Shown here piece after piece: positions 1 through 7,938 of a DNA stretch of 64,000 nucleotides (positions within the stretch are counted from its first letter, which is position 1; each line of letters opens with the position of its first letter). A model generated the notes under the pieces. It did not search any database, was not told the DNA's origin, and was given only the letters and a program-made list of their open reading frames with translations. Where the stretch lies: positions 42,181 through 106,180 of the IMG/VR virus record IMGVR_UViG_3300027659_000014. One strand, 5' to 3'. This DNA comes from a virus. The position numbers were made by a program, and so were the translations under genes.

Positions 1-91
1 CAAATGGTTCAACATAAGTTTCAATGTTTTTTGGAATAAATGGTACAATCCATTTACCAATTCGAGCTTTTCCTCCGATGTAAGATATCAT
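1..91 (-). CDS. DNA adenine methyltransferase (Dam/D12 class), 5' fragment running off the window edge; not in the ORF track
   Basis: Manual translation MISYIGGKARIGKWIVPFIPKNIETYVEPF gives the YxGGK...YVEPF N-terminus typical of D12-class N6-adenine MTases. Confidence 0.85.
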   Translation of the reverse strand, partial: MISYIGGKARIGKWIVPFIPKNIETYVEPF

Positions 92-109
92 ATATATATG
101 TTTTATATA

Positions 110-138
110 AAAATAATAATTTTATATTTATTTGTCAA
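110..138 (-). promoter_or_regulatory. Putative -35/-10 promoter for the MTase
   Basis: TTGACA-N17-TATTTT on the minus strand upstream of the ATG at 91. Confidence 0.45.
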
Positions 139-171
139 ATATGTAACACTATATTTATTAAAAAAGAAAGT

Positions 172-327
172 ATGAAAACTGAAGCAACACAAGTAACCGG
201 ATGTAAAAAATGTGGACAATCGCCAAGTAAAACACAAAAATTTGTTTTTATTACTGGAGCAATAATGTTTTTATTGACAATATATGGTTTAGTTTCTTTA
301 ATATATGATATTAAATCACTATTTTAA
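172..327 (+). CDS. Small membrane protein with CxxC (start revised from 40 to 172)
   Basis: MKTEATQVTGCKKCG followed by one TM helix; TATTTAT motif at 152-158 upstream; the longer version overlaps the MTase. Confidence 0.6.
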   Translation: MKTEATQVTGCKKCGQSPSKTQKFVFITGAIMFLLTIYGLVSLIYDIKSLF

Positions 328-1250
328 CTTCTATTGTATTTAATATATTGATTTATTAATAAATCACCATTATGTTGGTTTTTATACCCTTTTCCTTTAA
401 CTCTTAATGGTGTTGATGTATCAACATTATTTGGGAATTTAACATTTATTTTTCCATCTGGATGTGGAACATCAAATGATCCTCTTTTTAAATCATCAAG
501 ATTTAAAAAAGCACTATATATAAGATTTGTTCCTAATTTTTCAAAGTTACCCTCATTAGTTGTTTTAACTCTAATAACCAAATTACCATATCCCCCGTTT
601 CTATAATCACCAAGTCCTTGTAATCTTAAAAACTGACCATCATCAATTCCATGTGGTAGTTGGATCTCGATTGTTTTAATCTCATTTTTTGTTCCTTGTC
701 CCCCACAAGCATAGCAAGCTGCTGTTGTTATTTTACCAACACCATTACAAGTATTACACGCTACTTGGACTATCTGTATAAACATTCCTGAACCCATTTG
801 TTTTACAACAAATCCTTTTCCATTACAAACATTACATGGTTTTTTCTCTCCCCCATTTCCATTACATGGAGGACATTTATCTTTTCTGTTATATGTTATA
901 CTTTTTTTACCCGCTAAGTATGATTCCAATACACCAATATTTATATCAATTATGGTGTCGTGAACTCTATTTTGTGAATTACGACCACCAAACATATTAT
1001 TCATAATGTCATTCATTGATTGACCTCCAAAACCGTTCATGTTAGAAAATGGGTTATTTCGTTGGTTGTTGTATTGTGATCTTTTATTTTCGTCTCCAAT
1101 AGTATCATATGCAGTTGAGATTTTTTTAAACTTTTCCTCATCCCCACCTTTATCGGGGTGATTTTCTTTAACTAAATTCCTATAAGCTTTTTTAATTTCG
1201 TCTTGAGTTGCACTTTCTGTAACTCCTAACACATTATAATAATCTTCCAT
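324..1250 (-). CDS. dnaJ: DnaJ/Hsp40 co-chaperone
   Basis: J domain with HPD (NHPDKGGD), four CxxCxGxG zinc-finger repeats, C-terminal LRVKGKG domain. Confidence 0.95.
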   Translation of the reverse strand: MEDYYNVLGVTESATQDEIKKAYRNLVKENHPDKGGDEEKFKKISTAYDTIGDENKRSQYNNQRNNPFSNMNGFGGQSMNDIMNNMFGGRNSQNRVHDTIIDINIGVLESYLAGKKSITYNRKDKCPPCNGNGGEKKPCNVCNGKGFVVKQMGSGMFIQIVQVACNTCNGVGKITTAACYACGGQGTKNEIKTIEIQLPHGIDDGQFLRLQGLGDYRNGGYGNLVIRVKTTNEGNFEKLGTNLIYSAFLNLDDLKRGSFDVPHPDGKINVKFPNNVDTSTPLRVKGKGYKNQHNGDLLINQYIKYNRS

Positions 1251-1300
1251 ATTTATTTTTACTAATTTATAATTATACTTAACAAATATATCATAACCAA

Positions 1301-1939
1301 ATGAGTAACTTTATAATTGTTTTATTTAAAAATAAGATAAAAAAGAAAATAATAAAGAAATTTAAAACTTATAATAACGCAAAAAAATTTTATGATAAAA
1401 TTTTAAGTGAAAGTAATACAGTTATTTTTAATATGGAGACAGAAAATGGTAAGTATTGTGAATATGAACTTGGGTTTTTAGAAAGAGGTGTTGCTCACAG
1501 ACCTTATTTTGTTCGAGATAAATACGGAAGACAAATAAGGGTTGACCTTGAGGATCCTGATTTTAATTTAAAAATACTTAATGACTATAAAAAAGAAGAA
1601 TTATTATTTGATATAACAAAATCTAAAAGAATTACAGTTTTAACAATGATAAAAGAATATCTTCCAAAAGTAGGAATAAAAATGATTTCTAAACTGAATA
1701 ATAAAATTATTATTCAAAATAACGAAAAAATACATTTGTTTTCATTAAAGACTGAAGAGGATTCAAATAGACTAATAGACACTCTATCAGAATACATGAT
1801 TAACCAACAAAGGATTGATTGTATATTAATTAAAGATGGGTCAAAAGAACAAAAAAAGTACATGTATGATCTTTTAAATAAGAATGGTTATGATAAATCA
1901 ATTCTTTACCGTAAGTTTACCACTTATAAAAGATTTTAA
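1301..1939 (+). CDS. Hypothetical protein
   Basis: 212-aa ORF divergent from dnaJ; no motif recognised. Confidence 0.75.
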   Translation: MSNFIIVLFKNKIKKKIIKKFKTYNNAKKFYDKILSESNTVIFNMETENGKYCEYELGFLERGVAHRPYFVRDKYGRQIRVDLEDPDFNLKILNDYKKEELLFDITKSKRITVLTMIKEYLPKVGIKMISKLNNKIIIQNNEKIHLFSLKTEEDSNRLIDTLSEYMINQQRIDCILIKDGSKEQKKYMYDLLNKNGYDKSILYRKFTTYKRF

Positions 1940-2206
1940 TTTACCAAAAATACTAATTTTTACAGGTTCTTCTATTTTAATTGTATTTTCTAAAATAAAA
2001 ACAACTTCAATTCCCGATAAATCAATTTTAAACTGATTAAATCCACTATCTATATGTCTAAAATTAGATTGTACTTTTTTAAAATCTTCATAATTTAATT
2101 CAAAAACAATAAACGATTTTCCATTTGGGAATAATGTTTGAATTCCATCGGTTATCAATGCCAATTTTTCTATTACCCCATCAACACTTTTTTGATTTTT
2201 TCCCAT
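1898..2206 (-). CDS. Hypothetical protein
   Basis: 102-aa ORF in a tightly overlapping minus-strand run. Confidence 0.7.
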   Translation of the reverse strand: MGKNQKSVDGVIEKLALITDGIQTLFPNGKSFIVFELNYEDFKKVQSNFRHIDSGFNQFKIDLSGIEVVFILENTIKIEEPVKISIFGKLKSFISGKLTVKN

Positions 2207-2379
2207 AATGTTAATTTTATTTCTTTTTGGTTTAAGACAATATCTTCTTTTTTTATTTTTTTAATCTGTTCAATAAACCGATTTTTTTCATGTTTTAAAT
2301 TAAGAATATCTTTTTCAATTTCATTATTTAACCACTGTTGGGTTTTCTCCGGATGGCTTAATAGTTTCTTCTTTGTCAT
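2173..2379 (-). CDS. Hypothetical protein
   Basis: 68-aa ORF overlapping both neighbours. Confidence 0.6.
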   Translation of the reverse strand: MTKKKLLSHPEKTQQWLNNEIEKDILNLKHEKNRFIEQIKKIKKEDIVLNQKEIKLTLWEKIKKVLMG

Positions 2380-2761
2380 CTAATTCAATTTTATTTTCAG
2401 TAATTTCAAATTTTAATGCTTGTAAATTATTTAAATTTTCTTTTTCAAACATTTTTTTTAACTCATCAACTTTTATTTGGAATAATCTTTCTTTTTCTTC
2501 TCTTTCTTTATTATATGCAATAATATTTTTTATGTTAAAGATTGTTTCATCCACTAACTTTTCACTAAACTCAGAAACAAATGAAAAGGATCTATGTCCT
2601 GTGTTTGATTTCTGATTTTCAATTACTTTTTCTTCGTTAACAAATTTTTTGGGTAATTTCCATGTATCCGGAAACTCAATATCAAAAGATAAATATGATT
2701 TTAGTTTCCTAACTGATTGTAGATACGGAAAAAGTATTGTAAATTCTTTATATATGCTCAT
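2324..2761 (-). CDS. Hypothetical protein (coiled coil)
   Basis: 145-aa ORF abutting the upstream gene. Confidence 0.75.
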   Translation of the reverse strand: MSIYKEFTILFPYLQSVRKLKSYLSFDIEFPDTWKLPKKFVNEEKVIENQKSNTGHRSFSFVSEFSEKLVDETIFNIKNIIAYNKEREEKERLFQIKVDELKKMFEKENLNNLQALKFEITENKIELDDKEETIKPSGENPTVVK

Positions 2762-2950
2762 TTATACTTGTATTAAATACGTTATTAAATAACTTAATGA
2801 TAAACCATTGAATAAAATTTCCCTATTACTTAAAACCATTTTTTCTGGTTTTGTTTGTAATAGGGAAATAATAAATTTTAATGCTGTTCTCACCAATAAA
2901 ATTGTTGAGAATATAAAAACAAATAAATATATTGTTTCTATATTAGTCAT
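2762..2950 (-). CDS. Small two-TM membrane protein
   Basis: Two hydrophobic helices; start overlaps the stop of the Hc1-like gene. Confidence 0.7.
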   Translation of the reverse strand: MTNIETIYLFVFIFSTILLVRTALKFIISLLQTKPEKMVLSNREILFNGLSLSYLITYLIQV

Positions 2951-3116
2951 TTTTTTTTGTCTCTAAAATTTCTCCACGAAGAATTTGTAATAATGCCTTT
3001 AATTCTTGTGATGTTTTTCTAGCTCTTGTTCCAGCGCTTTTATTTCCACCAAAAAATTTAGTTACATTAAGATTTAGTTCTTCAGTTAGAGAATTGATTT
3101 TTTCTAAAGTTTTCAT
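2943..3116 (-). CDS. Histone H1-like (Hc1 family) nucleoid protein, 57 aa; not in the ORF track
   Basis: Manual translation MKTLEKINSLTEELNLNVTKFFGGNKSAGTRARKTSQELKALLQILRGEILETKKND contains the GNKxAGTRARKxS signature of Bacteroidota/Chlamydia Hc1-type proteins. Confidence 0.85.
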   Translation of the reverse strand: MKTLEKINSLTEELNLNVTKFFGGNKSAGTRARKTSQELKALLQILRGEILETKKND

Positions 3117-3183
3117 TTTTTAAATTAATAATAGTTTATTTTTATATATTTAAGTTTAATAAAAAAAATGTTGTTTGTAAATA

Positions 3184-3651
3184 CTACAGGACCATATTTT
3201 TATCTAATGACTTATAAATGTTTAATATTATATCTAAATCAGATTTGGTAAACGATTTTTTTTTATTAAATACATCATTAAAAAATGTTTCAATTGTTTT
3301 TCTCATTTTATCTTCTTTTTGATTATAAAACGTGTCTATAAAAAATTGATTAAAATAATCATAATGTTCTCCTTTATCTTTGAAGACTATGTTTTCTTTA
3401 TTGAAATTATTAATGGTTTTATCCCAACACCAATCAAAGTGTTTTTGTTTGTCTTCATTTGACATAACAATTTTAGTTTCATTTATATTATCATCTTCCC
3501 CCAAATAAGTTTCAAGTATTAAATAATATAAAGAAAATGAAAAGTCATAATATAATTCCATTTTTTCAGAAATTATATTATTTATCCTGAACCAGATGTC
3601 TACATCTTCAGGTTTAATTGGTTGGGTTATGTAGTTAAAAAAATTGTCCAT
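3184..3651 (-). CDS. Hypothetical protein
   Basis: 155-aa ORF. Confidence 0.75.
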   Translation of the reverse strand: MDNFFNYITQPIKPEDVDIWFRINNIISEKMELYYDFSFSLYYLILETYLGEDDNINETKIVMSNEDKQKHFDWCWDKTINNFNKENIVFKDKGEHYDYFNQFFIDTFYNQKEDKMRKTIETFFNDVFNKKKSFTKSDLDIILNIYKSLDKNMVL

Positions 3652-3671
3652 AGATTAATACCTATGGACAA
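3637..3671 (-). terminator. Intrinsic terminator-like hairpin that contains the next gene's ATG
   Basis: Perfect 10-bp inverted repeat TTGTCCATAG-N8-CTATGGACAA followed by a T7 run on the minus strand. Confidence 0.6.
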
Positions 3672-3699
3672 ATAATAATATAGATTATTTATATGTAAA

Positions 3700-4914
3700 T
3701 TATTGAGTCTTTTCTTTGTATCCCATTAACGATTTCATTCTGTCAAACTCCTCTTTCAATTTACTTTTACCACCTTTTTTATTTTTTAATGGTATTTCAT
3801 CATATACTGGAGAAGGTACTCTTCCGTATGATTCATCTTTCCATTTTGCCAATTGGTCATCTTCAAAATATTTTGAAAATTTATCGTTAACTCCAGTATT
3901 TTCAGCATTTGCCCATTCTTGGTTGTTACCATTAGTAGAACTTCCTTTTATTTGTTTTTCAATTGTTTCTTTTTTAGGTGGTTTTCCGTCGTAATCAGGA
4001 ATATTCTGTCCCGCAACTTCCACATTAAAGTCAGTTCCTTCATCATCAATTTCATAAGCCATTTTATCCATTTTAGCCAATTGACCGTTACCTTTTGGAA
4101 AATGTTTTGGCTTGGTATTAAATTTCTCTTTAGATCCACTTTTAGTATAATCTAACATTTTTTTAGAAAATTCTTTCATGTAATTTTCATTTTCTTTACC
4201 AGATCCTTTATGTGCTTTTTCATAAGCTTCCAAACCTGCTGGTGTTTTTCCTTTTTTTATATTACTTTTTTCTTTTTCTTCAATAATAATATTTTCTATC
4301 AGATTAATAATCTCGTTCTCTGTAAACAATTCAGACCCATGACCAGAATTTAACCTATATAAAACATTATTATTTTCTTCCAAGGAAGAATTATCAGTAT
4401 ATTCTTTATTACCAAGTTTGAATTTTCCACCTTTTGGTGTTTGTCTTAATTTATTCGTGAATGAATTTCCTTCCGCAGTTTCATCTTCTTCCATGTAAGA
4501 TTTATCACCACACTCCATACATTCACCTTTATTCTCTTTTGTCTCTCTTTTCTTTCTTAAGAGTGTAAAATCTTCTTTATCAATTCTATTATTTTTATTT
4601 TTATCTATATTTTTTTGTTTACCAAATAATCTTTCGGTTATTTCTTCAATATCAGAATCACTTAATTTATTATTATTTCTATAACTCTTACGAGTTTCTA
4701 AAACCTCACTATTTTCTTTATATCCACATGATTCACACGCTTCTCCTTCTCTAATTTCTCCACCGCATGATTCACACATTTCTCCTTCAACATAGTCAAA
4801 TGAAGTTCCAGGTTTATTAAATTTTAATTTTTCCATTACTTCTTTTGCTTTATCCTCTAAAGTTTCATTAAGAATTTTTTTTAATAAAACATTATAATAA
4901 TTGTTATTTTTCAT
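3700..4914 (-). CDS. Charged putative head/internal virion protein
   Basis: K/E-rich; N-terminal LKKILNE and C-terminal LKEEFDRMKSLMGY helices; three CxxCG motifs; EF-hand-like DKNKNNRIDKEDF; TATTTATA upstream. Confidence 0.6.
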   Translation of the reverse strand: MKNNNYYNVLLKKILNETLEDKAKEVMEKLKFNKPGTSFDYVEGEMCESCGGEIREGEACESCGYKENSEVLETRKSYRNNNKLSDSDIEEITERLFGKQKNIDKNKNNRIDKEDFTLLRKKRETKENKGECMECGDKSYMEEDETAEGNSFTNKLRQTPKGGKFKLGNKEYTDNSSLEENNNVLYRLNSGHGSELFTENEIINLIENIIIEEKEKSNIKKGKTPAGLEAYEKAHKGSGKENENYMKEFSKKMLDYTKSGSKEKFNTKPKHFPKGNGQLAKMDKMAYEIDDEGTDFNVEVAGQNIPDYDGKPPKKETIEKQIKGSSTNGNNQEWANAENTGVNDKFSKYFEDDQLAKWKDESYGRVPSPVYDEIPLKNKKGGKSKLKEEFDRMKSLMGYKEKTQ

Positions 4915-4935
4915 TTTCTTGTTTATATATAAATA

Positions 4936-5703
4936 TCAATGTTTATTCAATTTTTCCATTTCTAAATAAATTATATTTCTAACATAGTTTTCTGTTATTC
5001 CATAAGACTCACTTATATTTGTTATAACTCTTTTTAATCCTTTGTTTTCAAAAATTTTAAGTGCGTTAATATCCCCTTGATTACAATAAGGAAACTTTTT
5101 ACATTTTTTCTTAACTTGGACAAATTTACCTCCAGGAATTTGAGTGTTACGGCTTGGTCCCCAATCTTTTTTGTTGGTTGACTTTGCCCATATCGAGGGT
5201 CCTGAGTATTGACCTGATGATACGGTACTTGCGCCTTCTTTTGTTTCAAACTTTTTAGGTCTATTACAAGTACAATCTTTTTCTATGTTTTTACATTTTT
5301 CACAATATTTCTTTTCTTTAATTTCTTGAGATGAAAAAAGTGCTCCACCTGAATATGCTCCGGCAGATACCGATCCAGTTTCTTTAGTTTCTTCTTTTTT
5401 ACTTTTAGTTATTTCTAATAATGAATGTAGAAAATCGTTAATATCTTCAGGATTTTCTAACATTTTTTTTAATTCAGTTCTTGTTTTACTTACTGACATT
5501 TTGTTTTTAACTAATGTTAGTATGTCATTTAAATTAGTTTTTTTATCTTTTAAATAATCTTGTGGTTTTGTTTTTTTCTTTTTTTCTTTTTCTTCTTCCA
5601 TTGGTTGGAAGTTTTTTCTTTGTTTGGACAAGTCAACCCCATTTACCCCCAATCCGTTTGCGGCATTATTATATTCTTTATTAAACATGTTAATCATATC
5701 CAT
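4936..5703 (-). CDS. Hypothetical protein, probably head-associated
   Basis: Repeated ETKE-(T/G)-x-S...S-x-G-x-YSG segments; KCKKFPYCNQG motif. Confidence 0.6.
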   Translation of the reverse strand: MDMINMFNKEYNNAANGLGVNGVDLSKQRKNFQPMEEEKEKKKKTKPQDYLKDKKTNLNDILTLVKNKMSVSKTRTELKKMLENPEDINDFLHSLLEITKSKKEETKETGSVSAGAYSGGALFSSQEIKEKKYCEKCKNIEKDCTCNRPKKFETKEGASTVSSGQYSGPSIWAKSTNKKDWGPSRNTQIPGGKFVQVKKKCKKFPYCNQGDINALKIFENKGLKRVITNISESYGITENYVRNIIYLEMEKLNKH

Positions 5704-5948
5704 TATGAACTTTTAAATTTAGATTCCCAAAAATTTCTTTGTTGGTACATTATAGTATAAAACTCCCTAAACGATTTAATTATTAATTCTTTAACATCTT
5801 TCTCTAATTTACCTCGTTTCATCTCTTTAGAAATTCTTTCTAATAATTTATCTTCAAATTGTTTAGCTGTTGCCGACCCTAAAAAGTCTTTTATTTCTTT
5901 TTTTATTAATGATTCAATTTCTCTTTTATCCGATTGTGTTAGTGCCAT
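5703..5948 (-). CDS. Hypothetical helical protein
   Basis: 81-aa ORF; stop overlaps the next start. Confidence 0.7.
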   Translation of the reverse strand: MALTQSDKREIESLIKKEIKDFLGSATAKQFEDKLLERISKEMKRGKLEKDVKELIIKSFREFYTIMYQQRNFWESKFKSS

Positions 5949-5949
5949 T

Positions 5950-6363
5950 TTATTTTACTATTATCCCATATGTTAATCCTCCTATAATAGCTGAGGAAAT
6001 AATCTGAATTATTGTATTTTTTCTTTTTAATTTTCTATTGTCTGATGTAAGATCTTTATTAATATTATCAACAATTTGAAATTTATCATTTGTTTTTTGA
6101 ATAATTATTTCACTTGTTTTAAACTTTTCTTCCATTGTTATAATAATAGATTGTTGTACCTCAATTTTTTTATTTAACTCAACAACCTCATTTTTGGTTA
6201 ATTTTAAAATCGCGGAAGTAGAATCCAATTTATTTAGATCCATCATGATCTGTTTTCCTACTTTATAAGGAATACATATTTCAGTAGTATCTTCTTTTTT
6301 TGTTGTTTGGGATAAAATAGAAACCCCAAAAAACACAAATAATATTAGTATTAAATTTTTCAT
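5950..6363 (-). CDS. Signal peptide + coiled coil + C-terminal TM; spanin-like candidate
   Basis: MKNLILILFVFFGVSILS/Q signal peptide, heptad region, C-terminal IIQIISSAIIGGLTYGII. Confidence 0.5.
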   Translation of the reverse strand: MKNLILILFVFFGVSILSQTTKKEDTTEICIPYKVGKQIMMDLNKLDSTSAILKLTKNEVVELNKKIEVQQSIIITMEEKFKTSEIIIQKTNDKFQIVDNINKDLTSDNRKLKRKNTIIQIISSAIIGGLTYGIIVK

Positions 6364-6366
6364 GTT

Positions 6367-6720
6367 TTAAAAATTATATCTTAATCGTAATAAACTATCA
6401 ATTTGTTTAGGGTTTGAGTTTTTAATTTCATTACCTTTTTGTTGGTAATAGTTATTAACAACTTCTTTTTTGATTTTAATATTAGATATTGTTGAATCAA
6501 TTTTATGTATATCTTCATTATATTTTGTTATTTTTTCATCTAATTTTTTTTGATAGTTAATCATACTATCAATATCTTTATTAAGTTGTTCAATTTGTTT
6601 TTTATCCTCTTTTGACATTCCATTATCAACTTTTGTCATATCGTAAATAATTAAACCAATTAATATAATAACAAATGTTAATATAATGTATTTGAAGTTT
6701 TCATTTAAAAAATTTTTCAT
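6367..6720 (-). CDS. N-terminal TM + coiled coil; i-spanin-like candidate
   Basis: Single N-terminal TM, long coiled coil, close to the amidase-fold gene. Confidence 0.5.
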   Translation of the reverse strand: MKNFLNENFKYIILTFVIILIGLIIYDMTKVDNGMSKEDKKQIEQLNKDIDSMINYQKKLDEKITKYNEDIHKIDSTISNIKIKKEVVNNYYQQKGNEIKNSNPKQIDSLLRLRYNF

Positions 6721-7346
6721 GTCTCACTTGTTTTTTTTCTTGATGAAACAATTTTAGACCATTTGGTTTTAAATTTTTCATAATATGTTTTTAATTTTAA
6801 CGACATTTCACTAAATTCATCATCAAGTTTGGTCATAGTTCCATTTATATATACCCCATTTGTTTCTCCAATTGAAAAGAAAAAATCTAAATCTAATTCA
6901 GTTATTTTTCCTGACCATTCAACATTTGTTGGATATAAATTTAATTTATTAAAGTCAACGATTTCGGTAACATCTTGTTTAAACTCATCCATACTTTCTT
7001 GAAATGCGGACTTATCATCAGTTGTTAATTGTAAATCTGTTGTGTTTTTACTATGAATAACTAAAATCCCCCCCGATATTCTATATGCCTTTTTTTTATC
7101 TGATTTAACTTTATCAAATTCTTTATCTTCATCTTCATCTTTTTCCGCAGTTTCATACTTATCGTTTTGTATTTTATCCTCAATATCTGTCATTACATCT
7201 ATTTTATTGTCAGGATCTTCAACAGGTTGTTCAATTAATAAACCATAATTTTTTTTAATACTCTTAATATCCTCAGTTAATTGGTTACCCCCAAGTAATT
7301 TTCTTGATGCTGATAATAATTTTTTTATTTCTTCGTAATTAGTCAT
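6717..7346 (-). CDS. Hypothetical protein, possibly virion-associated
   Basis: N-terminal YEEIKKLL...LLIEQ segment and acidic linker. Confidence 0.7.
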   Translation of the reverse strand: MTNYEEIKKLLSASRKLLGGNQLTEDIKSIKKNYGLLIEQPVEDPDNKIDVMTDIEDKIQNDKYETAEKDEDEDKEFDKVKSDKKKAYRISGGILVIHSKNTTDLQLTTDDKSAFQESMDEFKQDVTEIVDFNKLNLYPTNVEWSGKITELDLDFFFSIGETNGVYINGTMTKLDDEFSEMSLKLKTYYEKFKTKWSKIVSSRKKTSET

Positions 7347-7938
7347 TTTTTAAATATTTATTAAAAATTTCAAAATTAAAGGCCGGACTAACATCAGTAA
7401 AATCACTATCAAAATTACTTTTAGTTACAATACCTTCAAATTTTTCTATACCGTTTATTTTTGTATTATGTTCCACACTTTTTAATGGGATATTAGTTTC
7501 TTTGGTTAACTTAACACACAATTTTGAGGTTAAAATAATTTGTTCCTCAGGATATGGTTGCCAAAAAAAATAATCTCTCCATGTTTTATTAAAAACCTTT
7601 TGTTTATAAATATCACCAATCCAATTAATGTGATAATTTTTTAATGGTTCTTTTTCTAACCAACCTAAATTTTCCAAACAAACAATTACAGAGTTTCTGT
7701 TTATAGATGATGTTGTGTTATAATTAGTATATTCATCATTGTCCAATAACTGAAGAACTTTACCATCTCTTGTTACAATATAGTTAGGAATTTTATCATA
7801 TTTACCATTATGTCTATATTTTAATGATTGTAAAAAATCATTTATGTTTCTAGACGTATTAGTGAGTATAATTTGTGTTTTGTTTTTATTTTTTTTCTCT
7901 GATCTAAAATTTCCGTATTTTATTATTTCATCAATCAT
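7339..7938 (-). CDS. N-acetylmuramoyl-L-alanine amidase (Amidase_2/PGRP) fold protein, Zn ligands apparently degenerate
   Basis: QIILTNT, NYIVTRDGKVLQLL, NRNSVIVCLEN, YPEEQI, TDVSPAF follow the Amidase_2 layout. Confidence 0.75.
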   Translation of the reverse strand: MIDEIIKYGNFRSEKKNKNKTQIILTNTSRNINDFLQSLKYRHNGKYDKIPNYIVTRDGKVLQLLDNDEYTNYNTTSSINRNSVIVCLENLGWLEKEPLKNYHINWIGDIYKQKVFNKTWRDYFFWQPYPEEQIILTSKLCVKLTKETNIPLKSVEHNTKINGIEKFEGIVTKSNFDSDFTDVSPAFNFEIFNKYLKND

